Shown here: piece by piece, positions 20,792 through 35,219 of the stretch
Layout of the letters: each line of letters starts with the position of its first letter
How positions within the stretch are numbered: the first letter of the stretch is position 1
From: the human T2T-CHM13v2.0 reference genome, Homo sapiens
Length of the DNA: 64,000 nt
Reading direction: 5' to 3' (one strand)
Assembly: GCF_009914755.1 (NCBI RefSeq)
Contig: NC_060940.1
Notes under the pieces: model-generated
Told to the model about the DNA's origin: nothing
The model's database searches: none
What the model saw: the letters and a program-made list of their open reading frames with translations, nothing else
Position numbers and translations under genes: made by a program

Positions 20792-21555
20792 GCCTCTCTC
20801 TCCTGTACGCCTGAGACAGCCTCCTCCTGATTGCTTACAACTACTCTTGCCATCCTGTAGTCCACTCTCCACATGGCAGCCAGAAGGATCCTCTTAGTGG
20901 CTCTTTGCTCTAATAGCTACTCATTTTGCTAAGAATAAAACTAAGGCTCACACCTATAATCCCAGCACTTTGGGAGGCCAAGGTGAGCAGATTGCTGGAG
21001 CCCAGGAGTTTGAGACCAGCCTGGGCAACATGGGAAGACTCCGTCTCTACAAAAAAATGCAAAAGTTAGCTAGGCATGGTGGTGCACACCTGTAATCCCA
21101 GCTACTCAGGAGGCTGAGGCACGAGAGTCACTTGAACCAAGGAGGCAGAGGTTGCAGTGAGTCAAGATTGTGTCACTGCACTCCAGCCTGGGTGACAGAG
21201 TGAGAAATATATATATTTAAAAAGTGTGTATATAAAATATAAAAAATATTTTTTAAAAGTATATAAATATAAAAAATATATGTGTGTGTATATATACATA
21301 AATACACACACACACACACCCACATATATACACACATTAAAAAAAAAATCCTTACTCTGGTCTCCTCCATCTTGTTCCCTGAAACCACTTTGGCCTTCTC
21401 TCCTACATCCTTCTCCTCACACCCTCCTCCCTCAGTGCTGCCTGCACCCTGCATCCCTCTCTCACCGGCTTCCCTCTGCCTCTGTCCCTGCCCTGGCTGG
21501 TCCTGCTCTACTGGCTCACTCTTTTCCTCACTCGGAGCTCCACTCAGGCGCTGTC

Positions 21556-22063
21556 TGTATTAGCTACCTAGAGATGCCACGACAAATGACCACAACCTTG
21601 GTATGGTGGCAATTGAACAAAATAAAATTAAAGTAAAATTAATTCAAAATAAAATTTAAATGTAAAATAACAGCAATGTAATCTCTCACAGTGCAGAAAG
21701 CTAAGAAGTCCAAAATCAAGGTGTTGACTGGGCCATGCTCCCTCTGAAGGCTCTGGGGCAGGGTCCTTCCTTGCTTCTTCCTGGCTTCTGGTGGCCCCCA
21801 GGCATTCCAATCTGGTTGGCTTGTGGCAGTGTCTTTCCAATTTCTGCCTCCATCTCCATGTGGCCACCTTTTCTCTGTGTCCTCTCCTCTCGTTATAAGG
21901 ATACTCTCAGCATTGGATTTAGGGTACACCCTAAATCCAGCATGACATCATCTTGAGATCTTTGACTAATTACATCTGCAAAAACCTTCTTTCCAAATAA
22001 GGTCACATTCTGAGGCTCTGGGTGGACATGAATTTTGGGGGGATATTACTCAGCCCACAATAC
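21556..22063 (-). mobile_element. MLT1-family MaLR LTR
   Basis: tgtattag...gaccacaac ... aagtccaaaatcaaggtgttg ... ttccaaataaggtcacattctgagg, characteristic MLT1 blocks. Confidence 0.8.
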
Positions 22064-23202
22064 TGCTTTACTGGAGAGGATGTCTTTGACAACCCAGTCT
22101 TAAAAACAGCACCCCCTCCACACCCTACCGACACTTGTCTTCCCACTGCTCTGCCTGATTCTTTTTCATTGCACTCATTACCACTTGACAGTCTAAATAG
22201 TTATTTGCTTATTATCTGTCTTGCCCATCACTCAGTTCTGAGCTTCTGGGAGGAAGAATTTGGTCTGTCTGGCTTATAGATGTATTCCCAGTACTCAAGC
22301 CTAGTGCTTGCACTTTTAAGTGGGTATGCAGTATGTGTTGAATCAGTGAATCAGAATCACAGGCTTGGGGCTCCTGGCCACTGAAGGCACAGCACAGGCT
22401 CTGTGTCTCCTGGTCTCTGCAGCTCCAGACCCACCCAGTCCGTAGAGACCCTCCTCAGCTTGGAATCCAGGCTCACTGAGCCCATTTGCCTGCCCACAAA
22501 AACTCTGTGGTCTCTTACTGCATTGTGTTGTTCTTGTAACTTTCTCTCAGTAACTATGCATTTTCCCCAATTAAAATGAAAACACAGCTGGGCACAGTGG
22601 CTCACACCTGTAATCCCAGCACTTTGGGAAGCCAAAACGGGAGGATTGCTTGAGCCCAGGGCTTCGAGACTAGCCTAGTCAATATAATGAGACCTTGTAT
22701 CTACAAAAAAATAAAAATTAGCCTGGCATGGTGATGCACGCCTCCTGTAGTCCCAGCTAGTCGGGAGACTAAGGTGGGAAGATCACCTGAGCCTGGGAGG
22801 CGGAGGCTGTAGTGAACTGAGACCTTGCCACTGCACTCCAGCCTGGGTGACAGAGTGAGACTCTGTCTCAAAAAAGAAAAAAAGAGCCTGGGCGCAGTGG
22901 CTCATGCCTGCAATCCCAGCACTTTGGGAGGCCGAGGTGGGTGGATCACAAGGTCAGGAGTTCGAGACCAGCCTGGCCAAGATGGTGGAACTCTGTCTTT
23001 ACTCAAAATACAAAAATCAGCTGGGTGCGGTGGCAGGCGCCTGTAGTCCCAGCTACTCAGGAGGCTGAGGGAGGAGAATTGCTTGAACCCAGGAGGCAGA
23101 GTTGCAGTGAGCCAAGATCGTGCTGCTGCACTCTAGCCTGGGCAACAGAGCAAGACTCCATCACAAAAAAAAAAAAAAAAGAAAGAAAGAAACAAACGAA
23201 CA

Positions 23203-24695
<1,493 letters not shown>

Positions 24696-24812
24696 TACAA
24701 GAAAAACCTTGCTAGTAAACTGCTGCTGTCAGGCCAGGCATGATGGTTTACGCTTATAATCCCAGCACTTTGGGAGGCCAAGGCAGGAGGATTGCTTGAA
24801 GCCAGGAATTCA

Positions 24813-24917
<105 letters not shown>

Positions 24918-24992
24918 TCACCTGAGGTTGGGAGTTCAAGACCAGCCTCACCAACATGGAGAAACCCCGTCTGTACTAAAAATACAAAATTA

Positions 24993-25233
<241 letters not shown>

Positions 25234-25377
25234 TCATCTGAGCCTGGGAGGTCGAGGCTGCAGTGCACCATGATTGCACCACTGCAGTCCAGCCTGGGTG
25301 ACAAAGGCCCTGTATCCAAAAAAAAAAAAAAAAAAATTGCTGCTGTCAATATTAGAATGGATTAGCCATCCAATTGA

Positions 25378-25608
<231 letters not shown>

Positions 25609-28276
25609 TAGCCAGGATGGTCTCGATCTCTCGACCTCGTGATCCGCCCGCCTTGGCCTCCCAAAGTGCTGGGATTACAGGTGTGAGCCACTGCGCCTGG
25701 TCGAAAATAATTTTTAAAAGAATGGCATAGTCAGACAAAAATAATAATAAAAAGGGAGGAAAATCAAATGAGGCAGTAAAGTAAGAGCAACCTGGGCAGT
25801 GGGTGCAGAAGCTCAACTGATGCAAATCAGGCAGTTAAAAGTTGTGCAAAAGGTAAAATAATGCACCAGAAGCAAGATACAAGTTGTCTTAAGAATCCCA
25901 TTACTGCCCAGGTGCCGTGACTCACACCTGTAATCCCAGCACTTTGGGAGGCTGAGGCTGGTGGATCACATGAGGCCAGGTGTTCAAAACCAGCCTGGGA
26001 AACATGGGGAAACCCTGTCTCTACCAAAAATACAAAAAATTAGCTGGGTGGGGTGGCACATGCCTGTGGCCTCAGCTACTCAGGAGGCTGAGGCAAGAGG
26101 ATCACTTGAGCCTCGGAGCTGAACGCAGTAGTGAGCTGAGATTGCGCCACTGCATTCCAATCTGGGCGACAGAGTGAGACCCTGTCTCAAAAAAAAAAAA
26201 AAAAAAAGAAAAGAAAAGAATAAAGAAAAAACCCATTACTCCAAGACGTTTAGCTTCCAGCTTGGGTAGAACCATTACAGAAGCAGTATCAAGTCCTGTG
26301 CCTGGCCCAGAATCTCTAACCATTAACATATTGCAGTCCTGAGCTGAGGCAGAGTATGTCACCTTGGTGGGGCGAGTGCTAAAACACACAGAGATTGTGG
26401 TAAGTAAATACAACCCATGATCTCAGTAATCTGGGTTACACTGAAGAATGTTTCCGATTATGGTGATACTGTTAAAATATTTGAAATATTTAAGAGTACC
26501 TAATGTCTTAGAGGATCAGACACTTGGAATTTAATTCAAAATGCTTAAAGGAATTTGAAATTAGATCTGTGGTTTTAATTTTAAAATATCTAAGAAAATT
26601 TAACAAGTTGAGGCCGGGCTCGGTGGCTCATGCCTGTAATCCCAGCACTTTGAGAGGCCAAGATGGGCGGATCACGAGGTCAGGAGATTGAGACCATTCT
26701 GGCCAACACGGTGAAACCCCGTCTCTACTAAAAATACAAAAAAATTAGCTGGGCGTGGTGGTGGGCACCTGTAGTCCCAGCTACTCCGGAGGCTGAGGCA
26801 GGATGGCGTGAACCCTGGGAGGTGGAACTTGCAGTGCGCTGAGATTGCGCCACTGCACTCCAGCCTGGGCAACAGAGCGAGACTACTCTCAAAAAAAAAA
26901 AAAAAAGAAAATTTTAACAAGTTGATAAATAATGAATGTTTACAAGACCTTAACGTATTAAATTTATGAATGTAGATTTAGGTTAGTATTTCAATGCTCA
27001 GGAAGATTTCATCAGATTTTAGGTCTTTCATATTAGTTATTGGAAGTGTGTGCAAATCAAACAGTTTAAACGTGTAATTGAGTTTAAAATGGCCAAGGAA
27101 ACTAAATTAGGCGTGCAAGCAATTTTTTCATTTTAACTCATTGTTTCGAACTAATTGAACATTAAAGATTAAGCATTTCTATCTATATACAAAATCAACT
27201 TGTTTGTAGCTAGTTGTAGCTAGATTTATAAACTGATCTTAAAGACATGAGGCAAATTAAATGTACAGCTTTAATAACTATTGTTTAAAACACTAGTAAC
27301 TGTAAGCATCCCTTTCAGTGCACAAAAGCCCTAGTCAGATGCCAATACCCAGTGGACAGTGCCTCTTCGTGTTAGTCCAAGCCCAAAAATTCAGAACATC
27401 TGCCCTGGAGACACGAGGGGCTTGCCACACACTGGAAGGCAGAGTTGACTCCCTGCATCTCTTTTCTGGTGGGGATGGGGATGCGGAGGTATAGCAGTGA
27501 GGTGAGGAGCTGTATCCCTTAGCTGGGAGCAAAGATGGAAGTGTGCCCTGAATGACTGGAGTGTCTAGCTGGCAAAGAACAACTGTATCCCAGCCCCAGC
27601 AGTGATAGCCCTCGAGCCTATCAGGAAGAGTCACGGTGTGCAGATGACGTTCCTGCTCATTGGAGAGTGGAGTCTAAATGGGAGTCTGTGAGGCCCTGCA
27701 TGTTATTATTAAAAAAATGAATTTTAGGCTGGGCCCAGTGACTCATACCTGTAATCCCAACATTTTGGGAGGGTGAGGCAGGAAGATCGCTTGAGCCCAG
27801 GAGTTTGAGACTAGACTGCGAAACATAGCAAGCCCTTGTCTCTATTAAAAACTTTAAAAAAATTAGCCAGGCATGGTTGTGTGTGCTTGTGGTCCCAGCT
27901 ACTCAGGAGTCTGAGGTGGGAGGATCATTTAAGCCCAGGAGGTTGAACTGCAGTGAGCTATGATTACACCACTGCACTCCAGCCTGGGCAACAGAGCAAG
28001 ACCCTGTCCCAAAATGAACTTTTAAGTGTACATACAATAAAATGTACTCTTTTTTAGGTGTAAAGTTTTGACAAGGGCACCAAGTCATATAACCACCACC
28101 ACATTTAGGACACAGAACAATTCCATCATCCCCCAAAATTACCTCATACTCATGTTTTGTAGTCATCCCTAACCCTCGGTAACCACAGATCTGTTCCACA
28201 TGGATCTGGCTTCTTTGCTTAGCACAATGCATTTAAGATGCACATTATTTTAACAGCCTGTAGAATAATATTCTGA

Positions 28277-28624
<348 letters not shown>

Positions 28625-29401
28625 TAGAATTTGCTTTTGAAATTATCTGACAATTCTGTGACTCACTAATTTATGAGAAAGATATTTTTAAAAGCAATTA
28701 TTGAATTTAATGAGTGACGTTCACAAGGTTGTACATTAAGACGTTTAATTCCACTTATTAATATTTACTTTCAACTTTCTTAGGTTAGAGCCAACACTTT
28801 TTCTTTATTCAGGTCTCAAACATTTCTGTAGTCCTCTAGAAAGCTGAGAGGCTGCAGATACCGTGCCTGTGCCCCACGTGCTTGATAGAGGCCTGCAAGA
28901 ATCCCATGGCCAAAGTCATCACAGTTCCAGCCTGCACCAGTGAGGGAAGGGCTGGGAGGCTGCTTTCTAGAATCATAAGAATACCCTTTCCAAAAACATC
29001 ATATAGCATAATTATTTTTAACGATTTCATTCCACATACATATTGTCCAAAAATGTATGTGCACATTTGTTTATTGCAGCAATACTGGTAATACTGAAAA
29101 ATGAGGAACAATCCAAAGTCTATCAATAACAGATTGATTCAACTGTGGTGTATCACGCAATGGTAAACCATGCAGCCACGAAAAGGGGTGAGGTAGATTT
29201 ATACACGGTAATGCAGTAAGATTTTCACAACTAAGTGGAAATACGAGTTGCAGAATAAGAATGCATAGTCTGATTACCATTTATGTAAAAATGAAAATTA
29301 TAATTTTAAAATAGTAAGTGCATAGGAAAAAACCGGGAAGATATACACAAAATTTAATGGTGATTATCTCTAAGAGAGGAAGAGGCTTTCCTGTGAGCAT
29401 G

Positions 29402-29403
<2 letters not shown>

Positions 29404-29436
<33 letters not shown>
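29404..29436 (+). repeat. (GT)16 microsatellite
   Basis: Uninterrupted GT run. Confidence 0.95.
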
Positions 29437-29437
<1 letters not shown>

Positions 29438-31537
29438 CTGGGGGCTGGGGCTTTCGTTATTTACTTCTCTGTAAGCATTTGAATTTTTTTTTGTTTTTAC
29501 CACAAACATATATTATTTTGGTAATCAGGAAAATGCAATCAATATTGTTTAGAACACAACCAGGACCACTGGGAGATGAGAGCTGATGTTCTGAATCTCC
29601 AAGCACACTGAGGAGGAGCTGAAGACAGTTTTTGTGGTAGCAGGTGTTAGGACGTCCCCTGCTTTCAAAAGTCAAAACAACCTACTCAAAAATCACCTCC
29701 TTTCTCTTCTTTCTACAACCACACACTTTCTCAACCCAACCATAATCACCCACAAAACTGAAAATTATTTGTGAAACATGATTTCCACACGGAGCAGTTA
29801 AAGAGAGCCTTGGTTGAGGGGGGAAATTGGAGGAGGGAGTTATGGTTCCAAGTTCTACATGACATCTAAAGATGCAAGCCAATCAAATGATTCTATTCGA
29901 ATAAGACCCTCTATGTCTGGAGAAGACCTGAGATGGCAGTAAGTCACGCTAAGTAGCACAGATACATGCTGTGGAGATAAACATGCACGCACGAAGCATG
30001 TTCCTAGGTACTACAGGGTACAACAAAACAACAAGGTGTTTTGATGCAGTCCCAGAGATCTGGGAGACTCACAGAAATTTGCACAGCCTTGAGTCACAAA
30101 GAGCCCCGAGACAGCCAGCTTGAGAAAATTAGGCCAGTGATGGGGCTAGAAAGCACCAAGTCTATCTGCTCAGTGTCCCACAGGTGGTGGCCTATGGGTC
30201 CTCACCTGCTGGTGTCCAGGGGGGATGCACAGTCTCAAGCTCCCACACCTGAGCAACAGCTTAGATGCCACAGAAGCTGGTCCAAAGGACACCACGATGC
30301 TGTGGTGGCCCTGAAAGGGGCCTGCTTTCCTCCATAGTCACTTCAAAAACTGTGAACATCCACACTTGGGTTCCCACCATGGGCCAGAACTAGCTGCAGA
30401 GGACAGAGAATGTTGTGTGGACCAAGTTGCTTTTGTGGAGACCTAGCTGGCGTGCCATCCAGTGGCTTGGGTGTCTAGATCTGCCCATAGCTCCTGCTGT
30501 CCTACAGGCAGTGGGAGGACACAAACCAGCAGCCAGTACAAGGTCATGGCCATTGCTTTCACCTGCCCTGGCACCACTGTCTTGAGCTGAGGACCATGGG
30601 AGCCAGCGAAGTCTCATTTGTAGCATTGGGTTTCTCCCATTTAACAAATACAACCAGTGCTTCTGTTCTAGCTCCCTGAGTGTCTGCTTTTCCTTCCAGT
30701 TCATGGGTGCTTCAGAATGTGTGGTCAAAAGCAGCCCTCAGATCAGAGACCTCGACCCCTCTCCTGCCTCAGGACAGCAAACTCAACCAGCCTCCAAGAC
30801 GGGGCCTTTCTTCAGTAGCAGGTGCTGAGGGGACAGGATTGAGATGGGATGAAATGTGGAGATGGGAGCAAAGGGGCAACCAAGAAAGGGCCAAGGCATC
30901 TTCCTGCATTCACAGGAGGTGACTCTCATTTGAAGGAGAGGCCAGGGAGGATGCTGGCCAGTTGGAATGTGTTCAAGGCAAAGCCCCACTTTCCTGGCTG
31001 AGTCTACTTCAGCCATCCATATTGTCCCCATTCCTAGGACTGGTTCACTGTGTACCTCTTAACACCACTCAGCTCTGGAAGAGAGTCCTTACAAACGGGC
31101 CCTCCTTGGCTGAGTGTGGTGGCTCACACCTCTATGTAGACCCAGCACTTTAGGGGGACTAGGAAAGAGGATCACTTGAGTCAGGAGTTTGAGACCAGCC
31201 TGGGCCACGTGGCAAGACCATTTCTACAAAAAAAAAACTTAAGAAAACTTGTCAGGTGTGGTGGCATGCACCTGTAATCCCAGCTACTCAGGAGGCTGAA
31301 GCAGGAGGATCACTTGAGGCCAGGAGGCCGAGGCTGTAGTGAGCTATGGTTGCGCCACTGCACTCCAGCCTCCATGACAGAGCAAGACTGTTTAAAAACA
31401 AAAATGAAAACTGGCCCACCTTGTCCCAGGGACCTCCCCTGCTTCGTCTGGTTAGAACCTGGCACGAATGCGCTTTTGTCTCATCCTGAGTCACAGGCCT
31501 CAGTTCACGGCCCTTTCCATACTGAAAACTCTCCATA

Positions 31538-31986
31538 CGTTTCTTTTAAAACCTTTTATTCAATAATATATACTTTTAAAATAATAATATGTAACTGCCG
31601 CCATGCCACATACTGCGCCCGTCCCCCCACTGTGGAGTCTGTGGTCAGCTAGTTAGCGTGGTTTGCTGGAAAAACAGGCGGCCACGGGACGAGTTGAGGG
31701 GCTCGGGGAGCAACAGTAACCAACAACATTCTGCATACCCTTCACATTCCCCATGCTTTCTGGGTCGGGAAGAAGTCAACAGGAAGCCAAAGGCAAGTGA
31801 GCCTTTTACATTCGGAAGTGAGGTTTGATATACGGTGGTGGGCTGCCCTTCGCTTGGTCTAGTTCGTGCTCGCCAAACCTGCCACCGTTTTGTGTCTGCT
31901 CACGGAACGTGATCTCTCTATACGCGTTAAGACGTTTGATTTGGTTCTTGTTCTGCTTATGGAAAAGTGGGAGAACCGCAACAGAC
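31538..31986 (-). other. CSNK2A2: CSNK2A2 non-coding last exon (3'UTR)
   Basis: Pyrimidine tract and acceptor cctcccgtctctttccccag|GTCTGTTGCGG (AG at 31988-31987). AATAAA at 31560-31555. The 3' end is estimated at ~17-20 nt past the signal. Confidence 0.85.
31555..31560 (-). terminator. CSNK2A2: Polyadenylation signal AATAAA of the CSNK2A2 distal last exon
   Basis: tttatt on the plus strand, preceded on the minus strand by a U/A-rich stretch (ATTATTATTTTAAAAGTATATATTATTG). Confidence 0.85.
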
Positions 31987-34900
31987 CTGGGGAAAGAGAC
32001 GGGAGGAGGGAAAGACGTCATTAATCAACCTGAGCGGGCGAGGGGAGGCCTCCACGTGTAGGAGGGCCTGTGCTAGAATGCAAGCTCGGCCCTCCCATGC
32101 CACTTGGTGGAGAACCCTGTGAGAACTCGCTGAGTTCAGGTTTCCAACAGTACCCTCTGCCTTCCTCTTCTGATTATCATGACAGAGATGGTCTCTAGCA
32201 CGGCCTTCTGTCACAGGACGGGTGCTCTGGGCACCACGTGTGTTGTGACCAGGTCTTCCACTCTACCCCATCCCTCGGGTCCAGGGTGCTGATGGAGAAG
32301 CCTCAGAGCCTCTTGACCATTCTGTGCCAGTCAAGCTACAAATTCAGCAGTCAGCTCTAGGTCCCCCTCAGACCTGACCTGATTATCTGAGGTGTCTTAG
32401 GACTAAGACGGGGTCTGTATTTACTCAGAAAAAGGGCTGAGTCCACTAATAAACAAAGAGCAGTAAGTGAGCTCAAATATTTTTAACTCTCCCCTGGAAA
32501 CAGCTAGCTGCCTGGCATGGCCTGAAAACCTCATTTCTCCTTCCAGGTCCAGCATAGCAAGTGGGTGGTGAGATGCCGGCAGTGGAATTCTAGAAGCAGT
32601 GCCTCCCAGAACAGCACTACAGTACTGAGGAAGGACTATGCACCTGGGAAGCTGTCACACACACAAAATCATTTCATGAAAACTTTCTTTGGGTAAAGGA
32701 AGGGTTCCACTGCGTAGTATTTGATTTGAGAAGGGCTGCATGGTGCATGAGGTTAAGAAAGAAATGACTATATTTGCCTTTAAACACTTCAGCTGATTCC
32801 AAGCACCCAACTTCAGAGGCTCAGTGAGAAGAAAGCACACTAATTAAAGAAAGCACATTAATTAAAGATACCACCACCTGCCAAATAATAGCATGTGCTG
32901 CAAGGAATGGGGCTAGGGAGAGTGTTTCACAAATGCAGAGCACCAGGCCACAAGGTTAAAGTCATGCACTAAAACAGTCAATCCCAAGAGGCAGGTGTCT
33001 GAGTGGCGCGACTCAGAAGCAAGTACATAAAAACGGAACACTCCCAACAGGACACCACTCTAGCCCCACTTCTGCCAAAGGAAAGTTTTCACATCAAGGT
33101 GTAACACACATCTTTGCAATTCAAGGTTTATCCCTCCCCTCTCCCCCAAAGAGACAGGAAATACAAGTTAAGGTCCTCATAGCAATGGTTTGTCTCCCAC
33201 TTGGGAAGGCTGGTTATTGTCAACATTTTTATTTAAGAAAACAGGATTTAACATGGCATTTTTCTTCCCTCTAAGGGCAGCAGCACATAAATCATACATC
33301 AGTCATCCAGTGATACAAAGAGGTGGCCAATTGTGTCTGAAGTAGTCACTTGTAAAGGATCACAACCCAGGCAGTGTTGCTTTTCTGCAAACAGAAGGAA
33401 ACAGAAGGCTCCATGGTCCTTGAAGATTATCCAAGTTTTCCACTAGTTGTCAAGATTTCTGTCCCAACCTCTTAGTCACCATTTACAGCAAGAAGAGCCA
33501 GCAAGTGAAAAACTGTTAATTTATTGATTCAAAGTTGTTTTTTTTCTTTTTAAAAAACAATCCCCAATACATGCAGTTCAGGGTTAAGTATCACATTTGT
33601 AGCACATTGTTGAGTCTCAAAACAAAAATATGCATCACCTGTATAATCCCATCACATCTTTTTCCAGCCTCTACAATACCTAGTTGGGGGTGTTTTCATT
33701 TATACATCCACATAGCTCAGAAGCATGTTATTAACGGTTGATCTGGCCCGATGCTTCTCCGCCACCTCCCCTGCCCTGGTCTCCACCTCGGGGTTATTTT
33801 TTTCTAAAGGCAGGATGTTACTCAGTCTTAATTTATTAAGATCACTGACAAACTTTGGCTTCTTGTGTGCTCATGTGGTCCCTGCTTTTGCTTTCGGAAG
33901 GGTTTATATTGAAACGACTGTGACTCTGATCGGTTATTATCCCCTCATTTTTTGTAGGAAATAAGTTTGCTTGTTTCTGTGGGTGCTCACACAGTAACAC
34001 AGGTTCCTAAAGTAACCATTTAATCTGAACTGGTATTAAAGGAAACTGTTAACCAGGCTCTCTTAGATCTATTTCAGTTCATATAAAAAAACTCTTCCAA
34101 TTGTTGCTTGTGTCTCAAAGTAGTTCTGCTTCCATCCTTATCAACAGAGCACCTGGGAGAACCTAAGTCATTTCCCTGAGTAGGCACAGACCACGAGCCC
34201 CGCGGCACCCAGCTCTCTCTGGGACTAAGCGCCTGACTCGAGAGCACCACCTTTCAGTCCACTGGGACCAATCCAGTGGGCAGCGCCCTCCCCAGGGTAC
34301 ATTCCAGAACATAAACTTGGTACCCTCTAATTTATCCCCTCAAGAAGTTAATTTCCTCCTCAAGAGCTACCTTTAGATGGATTTTCTTATTGGTCCCTTT
34401 TCTTTTAACAGCCCTTCCCCTAGCCACTCTCTTCAAGTCCCCAAGGATTACGAGTTTGTCTGTCTCCTCTAATCTATCAGTCTGAGAGCACCTTCCTCTC
34501 TGCAAGGGAACACATTTGCTTTAAACCTTGTGAGTGCTGACATGTTACAGAATGTCTGGGAGGAGGCCTGGCTGAGTGACTGGTGTTTAAGTGCCTCAAT
34601 GAACGACATCAGCGCTTCTCTAGTTGGTGAGAAGGCCCAGGAAAGCTTGGTCTGCGTCATACACTCAATAGCTTCTCCTACCCAGCCACCTACCCTGCCT
34701 ACAGGGATAGGATGAAAGCAAGGCCAGCTGACAGCATCCAGGGGAGAGTGAACTGCCACCACACCAGAGGTGCAAATGTGACTCAGCACTTCATGAGTTC
34801 TACTCTCACCATGGGATTTCTCAGCAGAAGCAAACCTTGCAGTCAGGCTCACTTGTAGCCAACAAATGATATAGCCATCTGGATTTGGCATAGGAACCTT

Positions 34901-35150
34901 TTGTTCTCACCATACCAGGTCTATGTTCTTGAACATAGGCAGTACCTGAGATGATAGTATAACACTACCCTGTTCCCCACATTTTTTGCTTTTCTTTAGG
35001 AAATAATTAAGTCCTTATCATAGGCACTTTTAACCTGTTTAAGATAATGAAGCAAACAAATGAAAAGTACTGAGATGAGTTTAAGAAAGAATATGCTAAC
35101 TGAAAAGGATACTGGGTGCGTACATTTACCATGGTTTAGTCTAAATATTA

Positions 35151-35219
35151 GACACACAGACACACACACAGACACACACACAGACACACACACAGACACA
35201 CACACAGACACACACACAC
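35151..35219 (+). repeat. Compound microsatellite [GA(CA)5] x5
   Basis: 12-nt period gacacacacaca repeated five times from 35159. Confidence 0.95.
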
